From assembly GCA_040954595.2 (NCBI GenBank), contig CM082578.2, forward strand, positions 16,600,998-16,664,997: a stretch of 64,000 bases of DNA. The letters are read 5' to 3'. The translations under genes and the position numbers were made by a program. Shown here in pieces: positions 1 through 13,500 of this stretch (its first letter is position 1; each line of letters starts with the position of its first letter). This DNA comes from Balanoglossus misakiensis. Lineage: Eukaryota > Animalia > Hemichordata. The notes beneath the pieces are model-generated. The model saw nothing but the letters and a program-made list of their open reading frames with translations. It was not told where the DNA came from and made no database searches.

Positions 1-2283
1 TTCAGACCAATTCCGAAATGTCACTGTGTCATTGGGAAAACTCGCCTTCCACGTTTATTTTCTTGTCTCTCACAAGGTACCCCTTTGTATGTATATCCCC
101 GGACTTTGAAAACAATGCCTATGACGTGTTTCAAACTTAATCTATCGAACATGTGCAGTTCACATATACTTGGGAACAAATATGGTTATTAATAACACCC
201 TCATAGTAATAGTGTGGGCGTCAAAGGGATAAAACCATTTGGCCTTCGCTCGCGCCGCTCCTTAAATCATATCTCGCAGAAAACAATGTCAAAGGAAATT
301 TCAGTCGTCTGCAAAACAGAGTACTCCTTGTTTATTTTTAACACCGTTCTTAATGATTTCATCATGTATGCCACAAACGGTACTGTTATTTATAGTCTGA
401 GGCGACAGCAATTAATTTCACTGCGCTGTTCGGTTCGCTCATTGACTGCGCGACTGCAGAAAGGGGGTCATCGGATCAACTGGTGTTTATCTGGGAAAGT
501 TTTATCGCTTTGTTAAGTGAAAGTGTCGGACCGTGTTGGCATGTAAAACGGCCATTAAAAGTTAAATCTCGTGATCTACGATTGACTCTTAGAATGGACC
601 CTTGGGAGGTTCTGCTCAAATTTGACAAGCTCTCAAATTAGGGCGTTAACAATGTTGCATCTCAGGCCGAAATTCTAGAAACATTCTCACGTAGGCTACA
701 TAAGCAAAGGCTTGCGTAAAAGGGGATTTTGTCAAGTTTTTACTCGCTTTCCCTTGAGCTGGGGGCCAAAACATGCCTGAATAATTGTCCGACCCCTCTC
801 CCCTATTTCCCAAATCATGTGGTAGAAATCAGGCATATGCATATGTTGGCCAAAGCAAAACTATATCTGTCTTGTTTGTATCATGATTTTTATTTATATA
901 AGATCGGCTATGCATCAACGCACAAACACTAGAAATGTGTATCATTCCATTGGCTGGAAGTCCACTTAGTTCAAAGTTTTGCCAGCGGCAAATTGCTGGT
1001 CTCTTGCCTGTGGTGCATGTCATGCGTACTCTTTAAGTGCAACGTGCAACGTTAACCCCGGCCGAGTGCCGCTATCCTATATACTTACACTTTTGGAAGG
1101 CAAATCTCGATAACAGCTCAGTGATTATAAATTGTGAGAGGAGTAAAACAGTTTAGGGTCGGTTTGGGTCACATTTTGTTGCAAGTGTTACCTCGGGGGA
1201 ACAGATTGCTTACAACTACTCCCGTAAGTCTTCGCATAATAGACGACCAACGCATGACGTGACCAATGTCGGTTACGAGAACCCGTATAGACGTGATGGC
1301 CATTGCAAGTACCTGGCGTGCGCAGATCGCGTCAGTTCAGAGAATAGATCTTGGGCGCATCATTTGCGAAATGACATATTGCTTTCAACGTCCAAAAGAA
1401 ATGGAGCCGAAATCGCTTATTACAAATGAGAAAAATTGCCGTAATGGACATTTCGCGCACACAGTATAAAGACGCAATCCATTTTAGCGTTGTGTGTGAG
1501 GGAGGGGATAAATACAGCCTTTGTTGGAGTAATTTTCTGTCTTTTACGTCTAATATGAGACGATCTGTTCTCCATGCACTTGCTGGCCAATCAGGCCAGT
1601 ATTTCTCAGAATAATCGATGACATGAATTCCTGGCCTAGATACGACAAGCAGCCGTGCTAGGACCACCGAAAATCCGACACGCTTCAGAAAGGGGAAAAA
1701 TTAATTAATTTCACAGGACCAAACGATAGCCATTCAACAAGAATAGCAAAATTGTCGTCTGCTCTTAAAAGTTCATTTCAGATAGGCGATGTGATGACAT
1801 GTTTGACCCCATTTACCCACTATCAAAAAAGTTATCGTTATTTCTCGAATTATCTTTGTCATAAATCTATCGCCGTCCACATCAGATATTCCACGCTAAA
1901 CAACGTCCGTCTTTGTTTTCATCCAGTGTCGTACGTCGAGAAATGGGAACCAATGCACGTGCCAACTTCGTTTCTTTCTAAGGGAAAAAACCCGCAGACC
2001 TAAAGAAACTGTGATTGTCCTTCCGGCAATACTACGTCCCCCAAACCCCAAAAGCGTCGATGCAAACGTACTATACGTTTAGTGTGGACTCTGGTCTATA
2101 CAGGTGTGTACAATGTATTCTGTACCGACAGCCGGCACCTCTATGTCGACGTGCAGTGTTTTTTTTACTGCCGCCACAAGCCACAATGATGGCAACTCAA
2201 GTATCTAGATTATTCTACATGTGTACTTGCGATTCAGAAGTTTTCATATCTTCGAGAAAAATAAGCTAGCTTCGCTGGCTTAC

Positions 2284-2617
2284 CTTAGAAATATGAATAG
2301 CGAGACTCCGGGGCGACAAATTCCCCTGTTGTCAAGGATCTGAAGTCGGTCGCCCTGTGGCAGACCTGTCGTGTTCTGATGAGCGTACTGTTTGAAAATG
2401 TTGAAGTTGGCTATGGTGATAAGGCGCAACACCGCGTCTGTTGGTTAGATATTTCTGTGTATAGGAAGCTATGTGACGTTTCTATCCGACCATGACGGTA
2501 TATCGACCGGCTGCAAGCGTTTGTAGGTTTAGCTGTACCAGAGAAAGCGACGCCGCAGAGATACTCCGGAGTATGGTTTCATATTATCAATACAAACGTA
2601 TGTATTGCGCAGGCGCA
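2284..2617 (-). promoter_or_regulatory. Possible promoter and non-coding first exon of a leftward transcript
   Basis: NRF1-type TGCGCAGGCGCA (2606-2617), 14-bp palindrome ATACTCCGGAGTAT (2561-2574), CpG-rich context, and a minus-strand donor AAG|GTAAGC at 2284/2283. Confidence 0.25.
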
Positions 2618-5600
2618 GATTTAACTATAAAAACGTTCTAGACAACACTAGGAAGAGTTGTAAAATATATTATGGTGTGCATTCTAACATTTGAAACTAT
2701 ACACTAAAGTTGTAGATGTCCTGAAATACGTACACTTAGAGTTCTTGTGAAAATCTGAAAAAATGTCATTATTTACTTTATTGAAAATGGAACAAACTGG
2801 CTTTAGTGAAACGCAATCATTCTCGGGGAAAGCTTGGATGCGAATTTAATGCTTTGATTAATTTTAAGATTTTACAATACAATATCAGCATTGCGTTTAT
2901 AGTGTAATGTTAGAAGGTGGGTGTTGCGTGTCATTTGAGGCTGAGTCAATGCAAAGTTCTTTAAAGTAGAACATATTACTACAACATTCTTCGTTTCTAG
3001 CCGACATAGATGTATTGTGAAGTTTTCCGTAAGCCTTTCATATCTTGAAGACAAAATAGACATATTTTTTATCGAGGGCCGAACAGCGTCTTTTGTAATG
3101 ACGACGCGAGTTCACGTTATCGAGTCTCCTCATTTGCCACGCTGAATTTCACTCAGAAATGAACTGTATTATCAAGCAGAAATTACTTCTATAACTAGGT
3201 TAACTATTCATCTGTTGAATTCATAATCCCGCTTCGGTTTCTACCCGGCTTTGATGAAATCTAAGTCGACACGGCGCTATTTTGTCTGTTGCTGAACGTG
3301 CGTTTAATGGTCACCACGGCTGAATGTGCGGGGTCGCCTTTATCATCCGTGGTGCACTAACGCGCGAGTTGTTTTTAATGCATCAGGGAAACTGAAGAAA
3401 GAAAATGTCGGGGTGCTTATTTTTAAAACGACAGTGTAAGAATTCTTTAAGGAATGTTGTCTACCGGCTTGCGCAACGTTTCGAAACGAGTCCTTTCCCA
3501 GAAATGCGTTTTGGCAGAAGCAGCAATATCGTTCCTAAGTAATCACCCTGTCAAGATGAATCACACAACCTCACTTCCTGTGTAAATACTGAATGCTCCA
3601 GGTACTTATTTCGCTATGGATGGCATCAGTCCGCATCACCCATTCCCCGACAGTCAATCAGCTTCTTGAAGCAAACGGTGTGTGGCTTAATTTAGAACGG
3701 AGAATCCCACGCCTCTGAAATGTTTTAACACAGGTTGTAACGAGCAACGGCCACGCACCTCTCTGCAGATAATCAACATGGCGGCGGCGGAGGCCGTTGA
3801 GAACTCTGGGAAGGTGCACGTGAGAGCCGCAAAGCCCCGTCTTGAAAACAAACAGTAATTTCTCTGTACCTGTTCACCTTTGCTGGATTTCGAGAAACAG
3901 GGAAAGCAGGGCGTGAAAAGCCTGCAAAGTGTCAAGATTAATTAATCAAGACCCAATACAAGGGTTACATCGCGTTAACCCCGACGCGTAAAGCCGCCCA
4001 ATTACCCTTGACACAGTGCGCATTTAAAACGAAAACATTAGATGTTAGCTCGTACTTTGTTACTTTGAAATCACCAATCATTTTCTATCGAAAGAACAAA
4101 ATATATAGTGTTTACCTGTCAGGCAAATTCTTTCGATTAGAATAAACTGTATGTGGTAGTTATTCGAAAGTTTCGTTCGGGGAGAAAACAGAGCAATATT
4201 TCATTGGAACTATAAAATTATAATTGCGTCAATTTTGAAAGGAAGCCATTAGGCCAAGGCTAAAGCAACTGCCCAATTACCCATGTTGGATTGTACCACT
4301 AAACATCGATGTACAGTGTGTACCTGATGTAGGTCCACGAACATGACCAGTTTTCAAGTCCAGTTACAGGAAAATCTAGCCAGAAATGCACAAGAATTAA
4401 AACATACAGAATGGCCACTGGTCAAGCCTTGGAATAAGTTATTAGTCTGCCTGGTGAACGAAAATTTACAACCTACAATTTTCGTGTCAACTGTGGAAAA
4501 TCATATTTGGAGAAGCCTTTACGTTATATAATTTTCAGCAGTTGGGTATCAAACCGGTTGCTTTTGTTTAAAACTTTACGTATGGAAACAGACTTGTATC
4601 ATGATATTGCCTGACATGTCTGTTCGCCAGTCAGATATTCAATGTGTATTTCCGAAAGAGTAACGAGTTCCACGGTTTGTCGCATCCAGTTGTAAACACA
4701 ACCCTCAGGCGGCAAAAAGCGTCCACTGTTTAGGAAAATATGTATTTAGGGCAAATTTTAACAATCGACCAGCCAGCCGCATAATACCTGGCGCTGCGTT
4801 ATGGCTGAAGGCAATAACTAAGCTGATTAGCGAAAATCTGCGAACATGTCCCCATGCAGAAAATCAAACTGTAAGATGTGCCATGTATAGACCATATCAT
4901 CCAGTGAAAAGTAAGCCTTATAGCTGCCTGATGTTGTGACTTCGGTAAGCCTCTTAATAGTATTGAAGTACGCCCCACCCCAAACGACATCTGGCATTTC
5001 GAATATCTTGGGACAATTCAAACCCTTCATTTCAAGCTCACAGATGCTCGAGTTATAATTGTAAGCAATCATCGTATGAGTTTTCAGATGAGTATATTAA
5101 TCCCTGGGACTATCATTTGGAGATGGGGCATGCCCCGAATGACCTGCGATTCACGACTTACATCTTCAATGCGGTTTTTTCCAAGCTAATCGTCAGCTCA
5201 AAGCTCCGTTCACAATCAACTGCAGATCAATGTTGATGCCACTTTTGTCGACCGACGACTCAAACTATTAGCCTGCTGTCGTCAACACTGGAGCACACAC
5301 GTCACTTACGCATTGATCTTGGCAAATATAGTTTATTTTTCTGTCTGTATTATTTCTGTACTCTGCTTTTTGGTGTTGTGCTCCTTTGTTTGAAAAATAC
5401 GTAGGATATAACAATCTGAACAATATCGCAATAGGCTTCCCCATCCATATCATTCAACCCCAAAAAGTATGTTGACGCTGGGCACTTGGTCTTGCAACTG
5501 CCAAAGAAACCTCTCTATCGTAAATTGCACTTTTTAAGCTCTCTCCTAAGACACAACGACAATCACGGCAGTAACCCCATAAGAATAAACGGCTGTCATT

Positions 5601-6303
5601 TTTACAATTATATTTTTATGAAACATTGCCACACGTCAAGCAACATTACAGGGCATGTCATAAATGACTGTCGATGTTGCCGACCCGATCAGCCAATTTC
5701 GTGATCAATGAATGTAATGGCAGAGGCCAAAACTATTTGTTAACTTGGAAAATGGTGGCCTTTTGGAGGAGTGTCATTTTTCATACCGTTGCTTTGCTGT
5801 GCTGAGCAGGGACCATACATGCTAACAGACACATGCAACGACAGACTCGACAAGAAGGCAGACACTTCTACACGGAGATAATCACAGAAACACGGAGAGA
5901 GTGGTAAGTTTAAGTTAAGTTCCGAGTACCACCAATTCAATAAGTAGTTTCCATAGTGATGAAAATGTGCATTTAAAACATACTTTTTTCATAGTACAAT
6001 ATATTTGGCATTTAAACCATAATTTGGCCCAAATCTCCTATTACAACTTTCCTTGAAACTTTGTTTTTCCCCTCCTTAAGCAGTCGCATACTTGTGCGAG
6101 CCGTTCACATTTTGATCCGATTATATCGTTGTCCATCAAATCACCAGCTTTGGTGGACAACTAAGCCTATCGATCGAAAGCGCACTCAACTGGAGTTCCG
6201 TGCAGTGGGCGTTGTACAACGCAAGATAAAGTGACAGAAAGAAGATTAGTCATCAGTGAACGGCAATAGGATTAAATGCGAGGGTAGATGAAACAACCGT
6301 GTG

Positions 6304-6317
6304 GTTACCATGGTAAC
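6304..6317. promoter_or_regulatory. Perfect palindromic RFX X-box motif
   Basis: GTTACCATGGTAAC matches the X-box consensus GTNRCC-N(0-3)-RGYAAC. Function untested. Confidence 0.4.
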
Positions 6318-9300
6318 TCTACTGCGACGCGAAAGTCAAGTTCACGGCGCGTGAATTCACTCAGAGAGTTGAAACAGATCGATTGCCTGCCTCTCGAAAA
6401 TTGCGAGTTAATTGAAAACGCAAATTCTGTAATTCCCTGCGCGTCTGCAAGTGTTTCTCTCACTCACCATCGACACATAATGCATCATATTGATATCTGA
6501 TGTCTCTTGCATCGCAAATTCAGTCAAACACTCGGTAGTCTTTTCAGAATATTTCTTGGTAAGGCAAAAGTCAGTTAAGTTCGAACGGACTATTTAGTTC
6601 CTTTGGAACATTCACAATAATGTTTGCAAAACCGCAGAATAAACGATACCGGGTCAAAAGGAAGTCAACTACACTGAAAGGAAACCGCGCTTCCGTACTC
6701 GATTACTAAATATTGCGCACAATAAATTGACTATATTAATACACCATTCAAAGAATTGAATGCGGATTGCGGAATTGAAGGCAAGTGTCATGCTCATGCT
6801 ATCGATAACATTGAAAGGAATGACAGTTTCTTTCGCAAAATGCAGAACAACCTCTAAGTTTATATCGCGGCTTCCGTATTTTATCGATTTTTAAACGATA
6901 AGAGCCCGAAACCGAGACCGCTGATACTTTTACATATCTTTAACTAAATGTGTAACATCGGACAATTAAGTATGTCAGAAACATTTTTTGAAATGATAGT
7001 ATTTCTTAGCTGACTTGCGTCTTGTTGAGTGTCCACATCAATCTTTCGTGGGCATTTAATCTGTCAAAGGTCCCTTTTTGAGGTCACTAAATGACCCAAA
7101 CCTTGAAAGTGTGAAAAGCACTTGCCTAAGTTCGGTCGTTGTCCGAGGTTTCGAGAGCAGATTCCGAGGGATTTGGTGGCCCCGAGGTGTTCCGTTGATT
7201 GATTCTTGAGAGCCTCGACGCGTACCGTAGGTATCGGAATACTATTAGGAGACTTAATCGATGTGCTCACTAGGGAGTGATGGCCAATCGGCGATTGGAA
7301 ACGCCACCCCGAGTACCAGGTGAATTCATCTTCATCTAGAACAGGCCAAGTGAAGCAACGGTGTCACGTCTGAGGTGATACCGACGTTAATGGTTTCTAT
7401 TTTCATGGGTTTGACGAAGAGCGCATGCTGCTGTGTACACGAATTGCTCTTACCGTAAATGGACACCAGCTATGTTAAACATATACATGTGTTCCCTCCA
7501 CACATTTCCCTTATATAACAACGACGACAAAGGCCATCCGACAGGGAACACTCATCTATTGATTGACTAGAATGAGTGCCTTTTTAAGATCCGACACCTT
7601 TTTATGAACACACCATTGATCATTTTGGTGTTATTAAACCTTCAGTCAAATTTAAAATAAAATCATAAATTGCGACAGAATTTGTGTGCAATTTCTCACC
7701 CGGCCGTTCAAATCCCATTAAAAGTTTATAAAACAAACCCACCTGCCGCCCTCGATATGCTGATTTTTTTTTACAAGAACCAATATCCTTCAAAATATAC
7801 TGTAGTACTAACCCTGTACCTGAAGAACCACTTCTTATGGTTTCTTGACGTCAACGAACCCGTTTACGGCTTTACATAAATTGCTGTGTCAGTAATAGTG
7901 GTATATTGTCATCGAGTGGGGGCGTGAGTGCAGAAAAAAACACACCTTGTGACGAAAGCCCTTTTCGCCCAAAGGCAAATAACGAATATTTATGTCCATC
8001 TACAAAAAAATAAAAAAGACGGAGATGTATTGACAAAAAATCAATAAGACTTTAGCTGTTATTGATTTCTATAGCAGAACTAATTTTATCGTGGGATTTG
8101 AAAAGTGAAAGTTGTCCGTGCTTTAGCATACATTACATGCATTTGAGAGTTTATCTACCATGCAGAAATCAGATGTTTTCATAAATTTTAGGACTGTGTT
8201 GATTTTTCACTAGCCCTGACCCTACCACACGTGACTCTAGGGCAAAATTTGTCACGCCAGCACGAAAGACGGGAACGTTGCCCTTCTAAGCCAGTTTTCC
8301 TTCCACTGAAGGAGCAGTCGATTGAAGATGTCGATTAAATCAACGGAAAATCTGCTACCGTGATGACCAATTTGTAAATTAGGGTCGAAAATAGACTTAT
8401 CAGGCTGCCATCAAATGTGATAGGTCACCGTTATTCGATGATTGCTTCTTTTCGGGCGTCATAAAGTTGGCGTAGATTTAAATTTCACAAGGTCGGGCGT
8501 TTTGTGGAGCAAGTAATATCAGCAAATCTAACATCGTACGATAGACACGAGAGCAATTGAAACGTGTGAGAGATAGCTTTTTGAATATTGAAACGTCTAT
8601 GCAACAACATGACGCTGTGCTACAATAGGCCTATTTATGTCACTCACTATTTTAGAGTGAAAACTTCATTAAAGATCGATTAACGTAAAACGAGTTGTTG
8701 TGAAGCGAATTGCACATTAATAGATGTTGGCAAAAGTTCATTATAATTATCCCTTCGTCACGACTTGGCTTCACAATTCCTTGAACAGACAACACAGGCC
8801 TTGGAATTGTTGGAGAGGTAATTAAAACACAGCATGGATTCACGACGTTTTTGTCAGCTTCATCATACTGGGTACACCAATTATGAAGACAACTATTAGA
8901 TAATGCTGACCAGGCTTTTCATGCTACTAATGAACGTACTAATACTAATAAGAACTGACTTGGAAAAAGTGAACGAAGCCGATATCAAGAGAAATAGACG
9001 ATCGCCAAGCGGCATCTCATAATTCCTTTTCTATGCCTGTACATGATACCGTTGCCACGGTTTCAGATCATTTGCAACAGCGCCCCCTGTGAAACGCTTG
9101 AAAATCTTCGCTGGACCAAGTTGTCTGCGGGCACAGACCTGGAGGTGTATATTATTTGATCATACAGAAAGCAACTGGAATCACTCTTTGCACTTAATGG
9201 CGTACACACGGTATTGAGAGTAAACTCACTGCATACAGCTGTAAAAATTGCGTCGATGATTAGAACTGCAGGCATGAGATCCTATGTTTATGACAATTGA

Positions 9301-10267
9301 ATGGATATGCAATGATCATTGAACTCTAATGACAGTAAAGATAGAGCATATATTTTCATGAAAATGCGACTTGAAAATCACGCAAGATACTCTCTAAATT
9401 TTCTCTCCCTCTCTCCCGTCCCTATATTCCTCTCACATCTGTCATTTTTTTTAACTTGGATGTTACTTCTCCGCGCGATGAAAACACACAAATTAAATTT
9501 GACATCACCTCATTCACTAGCAATCTATTGCCGAGAGAGAATGACTGAGCCAATGGCGATGTACTTGATATAATTTTAAACTCCTTTTGTGTCACCATGA
9601 CTACGGCAACTGGTCAATGCTCAGTTATTAAGTAAATGATTCAGAATCGAGTGAAAATAAGAAACCCATGCGATGTCTTTTTTGATCGATAGTATGTCAG
9701 ATAATATCGGGACTTAGAAAGCAACACATCACTTGTTGATCGATTGTATCATTGTCCCTCGGCCTCCTGTCAATCAATTACTTTATATCTGACATTCCAG
9801 ACGAATGATGTCGACTCCATGTAATCATAGACAGTTGTCTATGATGTAATCAAGCATAGGAGCTCCGCATCTCTCTCACTATTATAGTTTAGATTATGCG
9901 ACGAAAACATGTAAGAATATCACGGCTAGTACAAATACAGAAAATTAGAAAAAAATTATAAGATGAGAAAATATGGAACATACAAGATAAACAGTGCTAA
10001 ACCGTGAGTGTGCAATGTAATGTAATGCAATGTAATATAATGACGTTATGGAGGGGTTTCCCTATCTCGCCCATGGTGATTGACGGCCCGTTATACACCA
10101 ATCAGAAGTGCGTTCTGGGTCACGTGATTAGCCTGTCTACCATAAGTTTGGCGTGATCTGCTGAAGCACAGTCGAAGGAAGAACTGGAAGTTTCGGCTCT
10201 GTGCAACTTTCTTGATTATTCCTGTTTAATCCCTACCTGATAGCCAGCCACGTGTTTCCGTCACAAT

Positions 10268-10286
10268 TGGTAGCAGCGGTGGGATT
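10268..10286 (+). promoter_or_regulatory. Primer-binding site complementary to the 3' end of tRNA-Leu
   Basis: TGGTAGCAGCGGTGGGATT, two bases after the LTR-terminal CA. Matches the reverse complement of the conserved eukaryotic tRNA-Leu 3' end (...AATCCCACCGCTGCCACCA, recalled from knowledge) with one mismatch. Confidence 0.8.
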
Positions 10287-10397
10287 GTTAGGGAAACTTT
10301 GGTTCAGGTTCCCCTTCCGAATATTCGCCAAGGTCTCGATCGACGCAGCTATTAGGTTAGGTCGATGAGTGTTTGTTGAGAACCGTTGTATCGTTGT

Positions 10398-10519
10398 CTA
10401 AAGAGGCCGCAGGAGTTTGGGGTTGATGTGTTGAGCTCTGGGCACCGTACTCCTCACGGGATCTGTTAACGCAGGTCAGCGCAACACGTTTACCCCGGGC
10501 TTTTGTATTGCCTTTTTAG
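10398..10519 (+). other. Conserved structured cis-RNA element in retroelement leader (copy 1)
   Basis: Nested pairing: ctaaagaggc/gcctttttag, gcaggagttt/gggcttttgt and ggggttgatgtgttgagct/agcgcaacacgtttacccc, closing two small hairpins. Many G-U pairs make the fold plus-strand specific. Confidence 0.6.
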
Positions 10520-13500
10520 CTGTGATTGCAGAGCTATACAGTGTTTCGGTATTCATCGTCCGATTTAAATCTCTGTGTCGATAGTCCGATTTGTTATGTT
10601 GGTGATGTTGTATTTACTTAGCAAGCATTGTGTCCGGTAAATGGTATCATGGTTACTTATATGGGGGATACGAATTTTTCGCAGGATAGGGAGGTTGTTT
10701 TCAACAGTAAGGTTGATTCCCGGATTCGAGAGACGTTAGATTCTAGTGTTTCATCGGGCCAGGCACAGTGTACTGGTGTGGAGGCCAGGCAGGGGTCGAG
10801 GTAAATATCTGAGCGTTTCCCTAAATTTAGGTGACTCCATTGCCTAAGCAAGGCAGAGTGGACGGCGCCCTCACGCATCAGGTGCCTTCTTATCAGGGTC
10901 AGGACAATTCAGTGTCATCATCATTGATGGGAAATGTTTCAGTTCTGGAGGTTCTCCTGACCGTGTTGGAAGGGATAATTCCCATGGGAACGGGTTTGCT
11001 GGAAACGTAGGGACTTGATCTGGTACTGCACATTTGTGCACAAACACAAGGGGTTGGGTTGTGCCTTGCGAAAGGTGTTAGTTGCCCTTAGCAATGTATA
11101 TGGATGTTAAATATTTGATAAAAAGGCCAGATCAATGAACTAGTGGACAGACACTGTTCTCAGTGGCCTCTAGTGACACCCCATGCTACCACAGAGAATC
11201 TATAAATTATTAAGTTGTAGAACATTAGGATATTAGCAGATGCAGACTGAAACTACTGGTCTGATTGCTTTGCAAATTCTTGTGTATTTACTTTATTGAG
11301 ACCTTGTAGAGTTTTTTTTTTATTTGTGGAGATATCAGAAAAGGGCTAATTTTGTTGTTGTTGTCATTTTCCTCATTTTTTATTTTAAAAAAACTTTTCT
11401 AAAACTCTCCAGTTTCTTAAAAAATCATTTGAAGGGGTGTAGAGGTGGCTTCTTTCATTTTAAAAAAATCAAGAATTAAGTACATTTTGGGGGTGATTTT
11501 TGGTCCAAACTCAGGATCCTCCACCCCCATTGCTCTGAATCTGTTAACCTGGGATCCTTAAACACAACAGTGCAACTCATCGAGTGCAAATAATGAATTG
11601 TTGATTTTTTGTGTGAAAACAAGATGATTAACGTCCTAATTCAATTTTACTTTTCAAAGGTACTCCTCGTAACCTTGAATTAGGAAAGAATGACCAGATA
11701 TACAAGGCTTGTATTTTCCCCTTCGGAATATCAATCCCTGAGCTGCTTTCTGACAATCGCGTGGCGTTAAAATTCACTTACTAGTGCCTTACACTTCTTG
11801 CGTTTTTACAATGAGCTTGATAACGTCAGTGGACCTAGGCAAACCACGCCTTTGCAATCAGTCAGACATCACTATCCACAGAATGAATTGCAATAAAAAG
11901 TTGCGTGAAAATGTTGTCAAATGAAGTCCACACCGACACATACTGCTCTTAGATACGGTTATGCATGGATGCCTAGAAATGAGCCAATATGCAATTGCGT
12001 TACATAGATAGTTAGTTTGGCTGGAGGCACAAGGACAAACTGTCTGCGCTTGCCCAAATGGCTGATATCAGCATCTACACACAGATGACTCTGATAAAAA
12101 GACACATTTATTCTGATTGGCCCATAAGTAGGAGATTTAAAAAAATAAATGCCAAGGCTGCATACGTTTAGGGGGGATCACCTCTAGGAGGGGATAATCT
12201 CATGTTTGGAAGAGCTATAGAGATGTCCTTGGTCTAGGGCAAAGAGCTAAGTGAGATCCAGGAAAAAAAAATTCTCACTTGCTCCTATTGTTGGCGTCCG
12301 AGGCATTGCGTTTCCTTGGCAAAGTCACGTATACAGCAACTTGAAACATTTTATTTATTAATTAGACATTTGGAACATATTATTGGAAAAACATTAAGCA
12401 TGGGTTGACTATTTTCTTTCCAGTGCCACCATGAAGGTGATGGTTTAGAGAAATGGCTAAAGAATAATGATATTTCGCCCCACTTGAAAGGTGTTGTGCA
12501 CAATCTTGGAATTTGCACCTTTCTTGCTGCCCTGAATGTAGCGGTGACTGATTATTCCGATGTTCACATGTCTGTGTCTACTTTCCATCAGCTGTCATCA
12601 GTAAATAATGAGGCAATGCTAAGTTTATACAGACATTTGCTTGCTTACATTTGCAATGTATGCGCTACGGCCAGACTAAAGAGCGTTGTTCGCTCATTCC
12701 AAAGACCTTTAGGACAAATCAAATAACTTATAACATATTTAATGGCTTCCATGGAAGATATTAAGTGTAATACATTCAAAGTCTTAAGCATTAACAAAAT
12801 GTAAATTTTGAGCACTTTTGAAAAGATAAGACATTGTATCTTTAATGCTCACACTGTCGTGCTAAATTATTCATTGGCTAGGTGTTAGTATGATACGTCT
12901 GGGACTCAAATCCTATGAATAGATAAATTAGATAGCCACCTTACCTAATCACACTTTTCATGAACACAAGAAAGTTACACGGGTGTCAAAGTTAAGCAGA
13001 TAGAAGGAGCTGTTACAGTTATGGAAGGTATTTGCTTCAACAGGGAATTCTAAATTTCTAAGTCATTTTACACACTGCCAGGTTTTTGACCATACACTAT
13101 TCTTCATGCAACATCAATGAAAACTGACTTTCTTAGTCCCAGTTTTGTTGAACACTACATCTACATTCATACTACCCACAACACACAATATTTACTGCAA
13201 TCTAACATATTTTTCTTAGAAAGGCATTTGTCATGTGTTTGGCACATAAAAGGAGGTACTCCGCAAGACACACACCCAATAATTCAAGACGACAAAATTG
13301 AAAGAAAGTGACATGTCATGGGAGGTCATGGCAGGTTTCATTTCCGGCAGATGAGATAAACACAGGACTAGGGCAGACTTATTTTCCCACTGTAGGGATT
13401 TCATATGTATACTATACTATACTTAGTCCTATATACTCACGTTTGACGTCCAAAAGGTCAAGTTCTTTTGAAAGGAAGGTGTTTATATATCCGGTCTGAC

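Larger units (their letters stand above)
10041..11090 (+). mobile_element. Gypsy-type LTR retrotransposon relic, copy 1 (5' LTR ~10041-10265, PBS, leader); 3' boundary approximate
   Basis: LTR bounded by tgacg...cgtcaCA, followed after 2 nt by a tRNA-Leu-type PBS. Collinear homology with 45421-46405, which continues into a gag relic. Confidence 0.8.

Noticed and set aside
4827-5072. ORF with PAN-like (YNYNSSICEL) and fibrinogen-like words
   Set aside because: The motifs are too short and mutually inconsistent, with no supporting splice structure.
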